Positions 38,330 through 49,289 of a DNA stretch of 64,000 bases are shown here, in pieces (positions within the stretch are counted from its first letter, which is position 1; every line of letters begins with the position of its first letter). The translations under genes and the position numbers were made by a program. A model generated the notes under the pieces. The model had not been told where the DNA came from. It did no database searches and was given only the letters and a program-made list of their open reading frames with translations. The DNA lies in assembly GCA_022605425.2 (NCBI GenBank), contig JAKIMF020000005.1, forward strand, positions 496,001-560,000, in the 5' to 3' direction. This DNA comes from Hamiltosporidium tvaerminnensis FI-OER-3-3 (Eukaryota; Fungi; Microsporidia).

Positions 38330-39450
38330 ATACCCTTACATTTTTCGATAAAAAAACCACGGGTTTTCCTGGGATCTCATGGAATTTTTCAAAAATTAAA
38401 TTTCTCAACTGTGGTTCAGTACAAACATCACCTCGAATCACTTTATTTTTCCAGATTGAGAATAAAATCTCAATTAGATTGAGAAATGAAGAGTAAGAAG
38501 GAAGGTATTTTATTCGATAGGAGGCAATTTCTTAATCCTCATTCAATCCAAAATAGTGATGAATTCTCGCATTTTTTATTACAAAAATAGGACTCAAAAT
38601 TTCCGCCGTTGACAACTTTGATTAATCACCTTGATGAATAATTTGAAGTCCCTTTCATTTACGCTCTCCTATATATCTTATGGTATATCATACCATGTTT
38701 GTTCATTGCTGCGACTTCCAAATGTTTCTAATTTGGGCTGTAGTCACAGATAAGTATGAAGATTCGACTCTCATGTTACGGCTTCTACTGGAGCGTGTTA
38801 CTACCGTAAATCCAACTTCATCTAAAAAGACAAAGTTTTTGTTATCGTTATCAACCACCATTTCACAAAAACCGGTTGCATAATTGGTCTCGAGCTCAAA
38901 TTTTAAGGTTAATTTCTACGCTCAGGCCCAATATCTCAGGCTTAGAGTTTAATGGAACTCTCTAGTGCTTTATCAATTGTACTAAGGCACACATCACCAT
39001 TAAATATACTTTTGACCCATAGCCAACTCATGCAAGGCTTTTGGACAGTCCAAATCAAATTAGGTTAGTAAGCCTTCTTTGATTCGCAAAGTTAACTTTT
39101 AGCGCCATTGTTCACCTTTTTTCTCAACAATAACAGGCCGGTTATATAATATCTTTTAACCATACTTTTAACCGTCTAGTAGTTTAATTGATACATTGAG
39201 GCAACTGCATAGATAGAATGATTTTAAAATGTCTTGGCAATTGTGCGTTCCCGATCATCATTGGAAACTTTTTGTTTCTTCAGAGTAGGAATGATGGTTA
39301 GCCGAAAATTTTCATCTCGTGATTCCGATGTTTCCACAAGACACTCCAAACTATTGTTCTTTTCAGACTCTATACATTCTGAGCTTTCACCGATATGAAA
39401 CAATATTTGTTCTTGTTGGTATTTTGACCCGAAAAAGAGTTTGAAAATGG
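38330..39450 (-). pseudogene. Decayed IS630/Tc1-family transposase
   Basis: Minus strand reads FVFLDEVGF (~38835-38808) and YLPSYSSFLNLIE (~38508-38470), corresponding to the first Asp motif and the LPPYSPxLNPIE motif. Confidence 0.7.
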
Positions 39451-42334
39451 AGCCAATTTTTACCTAAATAAATTATTTTTTGAATTTTTATTTTTTAAAA
39501 AACATTTATTTTAACAGTCTTTAGTGCCCCTCCTCATGTCCTTAGTGCCGGGTATTTTTAATGCAGTTTTATACATTTCTAACACCCTTTATTTATAATA
39601 GATATATGTTATCTGTATTATATTTCTATCCTATAAATTCAGGATTATTTCGTATTTACTTCAGTCTCTATTGCTCATATGATATTTCTCTATTTATATG
39701 GTCAGTTTATAGTCTTTAAATCTAAACGATTAACTGGCAATACATATACAAATAGTCTCAATACAAGTTTTCGGCATTCTATTGTTTGATATTATAGTCT
39801 GAATATATGTTTCAAATACAATAACATGTTACAAGGAAACAAATTTTCGAGAGTGACTCTTACCAATAAATAAATTTACAAAAGAAATATACTTTATTTA
39901 TGATCGATTGTGTAGATCATAGAAGATACGCTGATCATAATGATAGGATTATTGACCTCGAAACGTAATTGACACTAAACAACGTATTTCTGGAGGTTTA
40001 AGACGATCAATAAAACTTCACAGTTCGTAGAAGATTTATATAAATTTCTATTATAAGTTTGGTATTCCATTAGCGATTAAATTTGATAATGATGAAGAAT
40101 TTCAAAATAAATCGATTAAGCCTAGTTGATTGCTCCTAACATTCAAATAATATATGGAAGACTACATAATCCAAATGTTTGGGGACGAATTGAACAGATG
40201 AATCAGACATTAAAAGATAGTTAGCCAAAAAAATTATATGTTACTGGTACAAAAAGATGAATAGGTTTTTATGAGGATGTTATATGGGCTCGTAATAGGA
40301 CAATACATAGTGGCTCAAAAAATCATCATTTCAACCTTTTAATGGTCAACTTGTATCGAATAATTCTTTTTCGGGTAGTATAGTGACGAAGGAACTAAAA
40401 GATGATTTAGTATTTATCGACAAAATTAGTTCTGAGCTATTAACAACAAGGAAACATGATCTAGGATATACAAATAGTGAAATTCAGAGATTGAGTCTTA
40501 AATGTAAAATAAAGTAAATTAGCCTAGATATCTTGCTTCATTTTCAACAACTAATGCTTGTGAAATAGATAAGCATTTTGACACTAATATAGAAGTATGT
40601 AAACATTTTGAAGAATATAAAAAAAGAATCATAGAAATTAAACATTAAATAAAACAATAAGAAATCTTCTTATTGGTGATAAATTTTTGTTAAAAATGGA
40701 TTTTGACATGAATACAAAGACTAAACGCGCTCCGTTGGATTATTTTTGATGATTCTGTCTTACAGTACCAAATATTTTTATTAATAATATGGTAGAATTA
40801 AAAAACATTAATGGTGAAAAATGAACTGTCTAGAAAGTCGTAATAAAGCGGATTTAATTTAATTTAATTTTGTTCCTTTTTTTTTAAATATATATTATTT
40901 TAAAGTAAGAAATGTTAAGATAAAAGGAAATGGTTTTATTTTTACACTTGATTACGATAAAAAATTTGGAAGGTAAAATAAAATTAAATGTTATAAATAT
41001 TTATTTTCACTTTAACCTATTATATTTAGAAACAAAATACTTCATATTTTACTCAGGGGGCATCAAAGATCAATGAATAGAAAATAAACGAGGTTATAAA
41101 TATATCGAAAATAAAGGGAGGATGTATTAGAAATAATGGGAGCATTTTGGAGCGCGAAAATTATTATTGTTAGAGTCATAATTTTTATAATGTTTATTCT
41201 TTCTGTATCGTCTTTAGTAGCAAAATATCGTCGACGTATCTTTCATTCATAAATTCTTTTGTTTCTTTTCAGATCATTCTAAAAAATACATAACACCATA
41301 AATGATTGATTTTTTAGGATTAAAACCAGATACAGCCTTATTCACCAGGAATTCAATTTCTAATAAGATTTCCATTGGTAAATCTTTTAGTACATAAAAT
41401 TCTCATTTAAAACTCTTTATTATTCCATATTAAATCAATAATGGCCTTCGTTTCACTTATTTGTACTATTTAAAACCAAAAATTACTTTTATTCATACAC
41501 ATCTTCTGTTTTTAGATAAAAATCTTTTATCCTAGAAATGTTAAATAATTTCTGTTTGAGCCCAAATCAATTATCACATTTAATTTTTTGCCACTTATCA
41601 TTTTCTGAAGTTGAATATTCAGATTTGATTTTTGTACTTTCTAGAATATATATCTTTAATGATAGTTTTTTTTTATATTGTTATTTTTTTATAACTTACA
41701 TTATTTGGTACTATATGATCTCGATTTATGATAAGCACACCATTTTGCAGTCTCATGGTATAGTCATGCTTAGGAATATCTAGCTCAATGGTATTGATGT
41801 TTGTTTTTAATCAATTCAATCGGGTCAATATTCCGTTTTAATAATTTTTAAATAGCCAATTACTTTTTTTCTGTTTTGTTCTAAGTCCTGTCTTTATAAA
41901 TTCAAAATGTCTGTTTTAATGTAATCTTTAATTAATACATTTTGAGGTTTTCTTTCATATTTGTGCTTGCTCAAATTCATTGTGAAACCATATAGATTTA
42001 TTTTTTTGGGTTTTTGTCACTATACTCTTTTATCAGTATAAAACCCGAGTGTTTAATTAAATATAAGAAACCTATAAGTTTTCCTTTTATCTCAAAGGAT
42101 AGGCGATTTCGATTGTAATTATTTAGTAAGACTATTATACGTTCTTCATCATCGATAAAGTTGAAGGCTCTTGTCTCTATTTTTTTGTATTCCTATCCAT
42201 TAGTCTCGGTTATATACTAATTTGTTTTTCCACACCATTTGAAGATTATTTTTCTTAGGGTAATTTCATACTTTTTTTCTTTCATTGTAATTTGGATATC
42301 TTCAAGTTTAAATCAAACCCTACCATTTAGATTG

Positions 42335-42632
42335 ATATTCTTCGTTTTGATTAGGTCGTGAATTCGAAATAAATTTTTTTTCGAAAGCAGCAAAGTTTAA
42401 AGCACGTCTAAATCAAGAAATAGTCTCTGTGTGAGCCATTCCTTTATTATTCTACAAGTTATTGTCTGTAGAATTAAGAGAAATATACTTATTTTTCAAA
42501 ACCCCACACTAGAGGAACCAACAATAAGCGTAAATGAAGATTATGATTCAGAAGAAGATAAGGTTGGTTAAAAAGGCAAAAGAAAATATATAAAAGCAGC
42601 AAAAACATTTTGTACCCAGATTTTTTAGAAAT
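42335..42632 (+). mobile_element. Old decayed 3' fragment of the R4-like element
   Basis: CTAGAGGAACCAAC..AAATGAAG..GAAGAAGA..GGTTAAA..GAAAATATATAAAA..TACCCAGATTTTTT resembles 52978-53105. Confidence 0.65.
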
Positions 42633-42678
42633 ATTTATTTATAGATTTGTAAAATATATAAAGAATTCCTAGAATAAA

Positions 42679-43100
42679 TTACTCACTTCCTTATTCCTGT
42701 CCTCTTATACCTCTTGGAATCGAGGATGAACAAATGAAGGGTTCGCATTTGTTTCTTTTATCGGTATACTCAGGACTACAGAGAATTAGTCTATAGATCC
42801 AGCGTGGTTTATATCCTACCAAAATCTCAACAATGATTTTTTTTCTAGAATTGCCAAATCTAAATCATGATTGAAATGTCAATATTTTGTGGTACAAAGG
42901 ATTTTACTTGCATACTCATTCAACTCCTTTTTTACCACTCGGTGTCGAGGATAAACAAATAGAAGGTTTCCATTGATTTTTTTAATCTGTTATAACTCAA
43001 AATTAAAGGGGATTGGCCTATATATCGAGTGTGGCTTATTTCTCATCAAAACAGAAAGAATGATTTTCATGCCAATTTTACATACTTTTCGCCAACAGAA
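42679..43100 (-). repeat. Two tandem degenerate copies of a ~200-bp dispersed repeat
   Basis: TCGAGGATGAACAAATGAAGGGTT (~42720) and TCGAGGATAAACAAATAGAAGGTT (~42945), with collinear TATA(A)CTCA and GTGG.TTAT blocks. A third, inverted copy lies at 45630-45804. Confidence 0.7.
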
Positions 43101-43878
43101 GTTTTTAATGTGGTTATCCTTTTTCATTTTTATTCAAATAACTACAGAAATATCTTGTTACAATGAATTAATTTTATATGATGAATATAATAAACAATAA
43201 TTAAGAAAAGACATTATTCTGTAACTTGTGACAAGTACTTTCTTATGAATGAATGTTCTTTATATGATTATTAAAATATTGGTTATTTCTTATCGTATTT
43301 TTTTATGATTTAAAATATTTTATCATTCATTTTGTTTTCTAATCAATTTTTAATGTTTACTTTAAATAAATACGTATTCAAATTACTGTTTACTACGGAT
43401 ACTAGACTTTTTTTTCCTGTCCTTTTACTAATTTCATAAAAAATAAAAGCCAGCTTTTAAATATAAACGGGGAAAATTTTCTAATAAACTATTTTAAAAT
43501 TAAGTTAATTTTTATAAGAAAATTAGTTCTCCAAAGAACTTGGAAATTCATCTCTAAAAATACTCACAATTAAAAATTATTTTCATTCCGAATCTATTAA
43601 ATTTAATTATGTCTCACATTTTAATATAGAATTTTTAATAATATTCCCCATATCAAAGGACAATTTTTTTTATTTATTGATTTGAATTATACTCCTAGGT
43701 GAATTATATTTTACAGTTTTGCTCGTAAAATCTCGAATTTTTAGAAATTATTTATTTAATAAAACTTTTATTTTTGCTAATTCTTTAAAAATTTCTCATA
43801 TTATATATTTTAATGTATTTCACAAAAAAACTAAGAAATTTAAATCGATTTGGTTGCAACAACGTTTACCCCTTTAAA

Positions 43879-45051
43879 ATGCAAAGAAACCATACAATTT
43901 CAACAGAAAAAGAGATGCCACCAAATTATGAACTGAGATTGGAAATTTCAGAAGAAAAACAACTAAAAATAACAGTTTTACAGGGAAATTGTGAAGTAAA
44001 GGGACAGGAACTTCTTTTAGAGAAAACATATCTATTTAGTTCCATCAAAACGTTTCTTTATACATTTACAGGCTGTAAAATAAAATTAGAAGGTTCTTAT
44101 GATGTGATGTACATGTCTGCACAAACAAATGTTCCAAATATTTTTAAATTTTTTATGTCACAACTTTCAGAACCAACCTTTGAGAAAATATTAGTTATAG
44201 GAAAAGGAAGATCCACATTTTCTACAATATTGACCAATTTCTTTATCAGATTGCACAGAAAAGTACTTTTCACAGATTTGGATCCACAATGTTCAAACAT
44301 AATTTTTCCAGGTACAATTTCTTCAACAATAGTTGATAAATTAATTGATTATAAAGACGGAATATCAGTATACCAGCCACTTGTATATTTCTATGGAAAT
44401 ACAGTTCTAAATAATTTAGAATATTATTTTTTACTTCTTCAAGAATTACAAAATGCGATAATAAAAAAATCACATAAAGATATTCATATATTCATTTGTC
44501 CAAACAACATTTCAGATGAACATTTTAAAAAGATCTGTAATATTTTTGAAATAAATAAAGTTATTGTTATAGGAGATGAAAGACTATTTAGTTTTTTAGA
44601 ATTTGAACCAAAAATAAATATTTGTCAATCTAATGGCTATATCGACGCTTTAAATGATTTAAATTATAATTTTGAAAATGAAAAAATTTCTAAATATTTT
44701 TATGGTTCTGACAACGAATACACACCATATTCTATAAATCTTAAAATAGGCACCAATTTATCTGTAGTTAGTATTTGTGAAGAAAATATTTTACCTGCTA
44801 CGGCACTTCCTTTGGGGACTGTAAGAAAAGCGGGATTTGGAGAGATAAAAGATGTTAGACCGTCTATTGGTTCAGTACTGGCTATTTCTGATAGTGATAG
44901 ACGAGATACTGTACATATTTCACCAGTAATAGGTTTTTTTGTTGTCAATAGCACAGATACAATTACCAAGGTATTGGCACCTCAATCAAAACCACCAAAA
45001 GCCAGTTTTTTAATCCAGGGTGATATAAAATACACGGGTGATTTAAGGTAG
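43879..45051 (+). CDS. CLP1: mRNA cleavage/polyadenylation factor Clp1
   Basis: ELRLE, G.CEVKGQEL, YTFTGC, DLDP..IIFPGTIS, PLVYFYG, V.VIGDERL and ALPLG motifs. CCCC motif before ATG 43879 suggests this start rather than 43813. Confidence 0.9.
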   Translation: MQRNHTISTEKEMPPNYELRLEISEEKQLKITVLQGNCEVKGQELLLEKTYLFSSIKTFLYTFTGCKIKLEGSYDVMYMSAQTNVPNIFKFFMSQLSEPTFEKILVIGKGRSTFSTILTNFFIRLHRKVLFTDLDPQCSNIIFPGTISSTIVDKLIDYKDGISVYQPLVYFYGNTVLNNLEYYFLLLQELQNAIIKKSHKDIHIFICPNNISDEHFKKICNIFEINKVIVIGDERLFSFLEFEPKINICQSNGYIDALNDLNYNFENEKISKYFYGSDNEYTPYSINLKIGTNLSVVSICEENILPATALPLGTVRKAGFGEIKDVRPSIGSVLAISDSDRRDTVHISPVIGFFVVNSTDTITKVLAPQSKPPKASFLIQGDIKYTGDLR

Positions 45052-45629
45052 TAAATATTAATTTAACTTCTATGCAATTTTATTCCGTAAAAATATTTAA
45101 ATTCAATTTTTTTTATCAATTTTAAGTTTTTCTATCAAATATTCTTCTCTTTATAAACAATATCATTCCTTAAATATTATTTTCTTATTTCTAAATGTCG
45201 GTATCTTCTTTTAAGTATTCACAATTTTCTTTCGAGTTAAAGGTTTACTTATTTGAATTTCTTCACACAATATTATTCAATCAATACAAATATACTCATT
45301 TAAACACAATTTGGACTCCTTCGATAAATTCTTTTTTTTTACACTGGTATTTATATAAAATTTGTATTTTATTACATAATAGAAGTCTTTAAATAATCTG
45401 ATATTTTGATTTGTTTTGATCAATAATATATCTTAGGAATACCACATCCATAGCCAAGATTTAAGACAAAAAAATAAATTTATAACTTTAATTAAAATTA
45501 TACTACATACATTCTAAAAATATTTTTATAAGATAAATAAAACTTATTAGTTAAACAATATATAAATCGTATATAATTTTAAGAGGTGAGAGAGTATAAC
45601 TACATTTAAAACTATCTGAATGACAACGA

Positions 45630-45804
45630 TTGTTTTGAAATGGAGTAAAATCATAGGTGATAGTTTGTTTGGATATAAACAACACTAGACTTATATACGA
45701 ATCCTCTATAAATCCTGAGTTATAACCGATTAAAATAGACAAATATAAACCTTTTATTCGTTTATCCTCGACACTGAGAGATAAAGAGAAATGAAGTAAG
45801 TAAG
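45630..45804 (+). repeat. Third copy of the ~200-bp repeat, ending in a (TAAG)n tail (probable LINE/SINE 3' end)
   Basis: Reverse complement GTGTCGAGGATAAACGAATAAAAGGTTT matches 42942-42968. Ends GAAGTAAGTAAG. Confidence 0.65.
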
Positions 45805-45905
45805 TGTGGTATTTTAAAATATTTAAATCTGTGGTGTTTTATGAAAAAAGTTATTAAAATTTCTTATTTTTAAGTATAAATTTTATATTAGACTTATCAC
45901 ATATT

Positions 45906-45999
45906 TTTATAAAAAACTGTATTTATAAAAAACTGTATTTAAAAAAAACTGTATTTAAAAAAAACTGTATTTATAAAAAACTGTATTTAAAAAAAACTG
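45906..45999. repeat. 16-bp minisatellite, ~6 units
   Basis: (TTTAWAAAAAACTGTA)n, directly visible. Confidence 0.92.
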
Positions 46000-46637
46000 A
46001 ACTTAAAAACTAACTTTATTTAAAAAAAAACGATTCTTAAATTTACTAATGATTTTACAAAATTGTTTTTTAATAATATACTGTTTTGAAAAGTTAGTGA
46101 AATAATAGGCATTCAAAAGTTATAAATATGTTAAATGTGTACTTTAATAAATATTTTCAAATATCATGTATTTGATTCCGTTGAAATAAAATTTTAAAGA
46201 AAATTTTTTTTTAAAGATATGTGAAGTAAGCAAGTATATAAAAATACAACAAATAAGAGCATCTGAAAAGACTTTCTTAGGTAGTTATCACCTTTAAATT
46301 TACTTTTATACTAAAAAAACACTTAAATAGATTCCTATTTTTACTTCATTCTTTAATGATTAAAATCGTATGTAACAACAAAAAAAAGAAATATTTTTGA
46401 TTTAATAAATTTCCTTTAGAATATTAAGCATTTTTATTTAATTAGAACGTTATTTTTTTATTTAAAGCATTCACATATGAATTTTTAATTGTAAAATTTT
46501 CCATGAGAAACTTTCAAATAATTATTACAAATAGAAGAAATATTTAAATTTAAATATAATATAATTTTCGATATTCTTCTTTAAGCCTTTCTGTATGTAT
46601 TATAATATTAATCTTTAAACATTTAAGAATTTATATT

Positions 46638-46790
46638 TTATTTAATAAAATTCTGGGTTAAAATATTTTTACCATTTTTATATGTTTTCTTCTACCTCTT
46701 TAAACACTACTGTCTCTTCTTCCAAATCCGGATTTTCATTTATGTTATTGGTCGGTTCCTCCAAAGTGGTTCTTCTTTGTGAAATAAGGG
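46638..46790 (-). mobile_element. Extremely 5'-truncated (~150 bp) copy of the R4-like element
   Basis: Reverse complement of ~52950-53107 (TTATTTAATAAAATTCTGGGTTAAAAT...GGTCGGTTCCTC). Confidence 0.9.
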
Positions 46791-46841
46791 ATGTAAAATT
46801 TTAAATATTTTCTTATAAAAATAAAATATTTTTAACCGTTA

Positions 46842-47567
46842 ATGTCGTTGACAATAAAACAAATATATGAAAGCAATAATATAGAAGAAAATATTGTAAA
46901 ATACAAAAAAGATATTTCAATATCAAAATTGAAAGAAGAAATAATGTATCTACAATCAGAAGAAATCAAAAGAGAAAACTTGTTTCTATTTGTATTTTAT
47001 TGTGAAATTTTATGTGACTTAGTAAAAAATAAAAATTTAATCAGAGAATTTGTAGATACTATTATTACAATGATAGAATGTAAAACAAAAATAAAGAATT
47101 GTATATTTAGAATACGGTTAATCAATGTTTTACTTAAATGTGGGGTATTTAGTGGAATATGTGATTTGGTATTCAAAACCATTAAAACTATAACAAATTG
47201 CAAAATTAGTAATAATTTAGACAAAAAGAGAACTTTTACTTTAGATGATATAAAAGTAGGAAATGACACTGCACAATCTCCTGAATATAAAGATTATGTA
47301 ATAAGAGAATGTGTTAATTCCCTTACTAAAGCATTTAATTTGATTTCTAATACTATGGGATTTCCAGAAATTTCTAAAATAGTCATAGAAAATATTAAAA
47401 ACAATAAGTATGATGAAGATATTTTAATAAAGGAATTCAGTCAAAAACTAGAATCTCATTCTCAATATATTAAAAAATTAAGGAAGGAATACGAGGGTAA
47501 GGCTGTTAGTATCAAAGATTTGGAGGATTTTGAAAAAAAGTGTAAGACATTGCTACCATCAAAATAA
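46842..47567 (+). CDS. NOC2: Reduced Noc2-like nucleolar complex protein
   Basis: IFRIRLINVL, LDDIKV...SPEYKD.VI, MGFPEI and KLESHSQYIKKLR resemble the Noc2p C-terminal domain. Only 241 aa. Confidence 0.65.
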   Translation: MSLTIKQIYESNNIEENIVKYKKDISISKLKEEIMYLQSEEIKRENLFLFVFYCEILCDLVKNKNLIREFVDTIITMIECKTKIKNCIFRIRLINVLLKCGVFSGICDLVFKTIKTITNCKISNNLDKKRTFTLDDIKVGNDTAQSPEYKDYVIRECVNSLTKAFNLISNTMGFPEISKIVIENIKNNKYDEDILIKEFSQKLESHSQYIKKLRKEYEGKAVSIKDLEDFEKKCKTLLPSK

Positions 47568-47662
47568 TTAAAACTTCATTTTTAAAAAAATTAAAATTTG
47601 GTAAATATTTCTAAAAAAAAATAATTAATTTTTACTTTTGTCATTTTACTTTGCAAAAATAC

Positions 47663-47846
47663 ATATCCTAGAAATTATATTATTCTTTTAATTGTCTTAA
47701 ATATTCTCGTTTAAATTTATGATATCCTAGAAATTATATCATTCTTTTAATTGTCTTAAATATTTTCGTTTAAATTATCTTTGATATCCTAGAAATTATA
47801 TCATTCTTTTAATTGTCTTAAATATTTCCATCAAAATTATCTTTGA
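47663..47846. repeat. ~60-bp tandem repeat, 3 units
   Basis: ATATCCTAGAAATTATAT(T/C)ATTCTTTTAATTGTCTTAAATATT repeated three times. Confidence 0.92.
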
Positions 47847-48509
47847 ATTAAATTTTCATTTTAGAAAGTAAAATGAATATTTGATCTTTAGCTGTTTTGA
47901 TTTTTATTGTATAAGTAAATTAATCAAAATATATTTATTAATAAATATTTTTTAAAAAATTATCTTTCTATTCTCATCTTGTACTCCATATATTTTATAT
48001 ATAAAAATGTAAATTAATTAAATTAAATAATTATAAATTTAAACTTGTTTTTGTCTTTTTATAGAAAAAAATAAAATTTATAATTTTTTCGAATAAATTC
48101 AAATACAAATTTTAAAAAATCAAAATTTTCGTGTACACTGAAGTTTTTAAAAACATATTTAAACTAATAAGTCTAAATAAATAAAACGGTCTTTAAATTA
48201 CCTAGGGTGATATACTGTTTATAAAAGTTACCATCTGGATGTATATAGGATATATGATTTTTAAATTGCTTAATAAAATATGAAGTTCATAGAGTCTTTG
48301 TCGGAAGAAATATGTATGTGACAGTTAATTTTTAAATTGAATAGATCAAAATAAAAAAATATTTTATTCAAATATGTAAAATTTATTTCCACAGAGCAAT
48401 CTAGAATCGTATTAGAACAATGGCAATGAGGTAAAAAATTATTTAAATTTATAAAATAGATTGTCTATTATTCAATAATAAATGTTCGAAATTTAACAAA
48501 AAAATTAAT

Positions 48510-49235
48510 CTTTATTTAAAAGTATCACATCGTTTTAGAATAGTGGCCAGTGTTATATTTGTTTTCATGACATTAACGCAGTTCTAGGTTTAACATAAAT
48601 GACTGCTACCCTAACACTCCAAAAGTAACCCTGCGATACCTCATCCCAAAGCCGTTCAATACCAGATGTGTAGAACCTAATTAATAGGCGAGGCAGTTGC
48701 CCGGAGTTCGTTAATGTTTGTTGCATGGAGTGTGAATGAAGGCCGAAGCCCCCCTGGGCACCCCCAAGACTATGCAGCATTCCCACTTACTCTACACTTT
48801 CTGAACCCAATAAACTTATAGCTAAGATATATTTCAGAGATTTACATGGGGTCCACCCAGACAGTGCAATGTCATACCAACAGGTATAACCTGCTACTTA
48901 GCTTTCCCGGCTTTAAATAGGTTTATTGTTTTATATCTCCCAGGCGCTAAGTCTTCTAACCCGAGTGAGCAAGGCTAGGTTTCCATACTTTTACATGGCA
49001 ATTACCTACATGTTCAGCTGCGGTCTGCAATCTGGTTACATAAAAAACTACAAATAAATTTGTAGAAAAAGTTTCTCCTTTTCTTAGACCTCTCCCCCTC
49101 CTAACAACTCCCATGGAACAACCGAAGATGTAATGTGGTTTTATTCCCATTAAAAATCCAAACAATGATCTTTACACCAATTTCACACACTTATTGCCAA
49201 GCAGAAAGTTTTTTATGTGGTTATCCTCCCTCCAC
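48510..49235 (-). mobile_element. Complete 726-bp non-coding SINE-like element with 14-bp TSD
   Basis: Flanked by ACAAAAAAATTAAT at 48496-48509 and 49236-49249. Five copies in the window, with no ORF conserved between them. The minus strand ends TTTTAAATAAAG. Multiple hairpins. Confidence 0.85.
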
Positions 49236-49289
49236 ACAAAAAAATTAATATTCCTAATTAAAATAAATTTAAATCAGTATTTTAAAAGT

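Noticed and set aside
45906-45999. Short regular repeats (also 47663-47846) as a CRISPR-like array
   Set aside because: Head-to-tail tandem units without unique spacers, in a eukaryotic context with no cas genes.
48600-48635. ACCCTAAC / TAACCCT as a telomerase RNA template in the 726-bp element
   Set aside because: Not conserved in other copies (ACCCCAAC at ~63741) and too short to be significant.
48510-49235. 726-bp repeat as rRNA, U2 snRNA, RNase P/MRP, or as the LTR or 5' UTR of the adjacent retrotransposon
   Set aside because: No diagnostic conserved motifs recognised. It has its own TSD, occurs without the LINE, and other full-length LINE copies lack it at their 5' ends.
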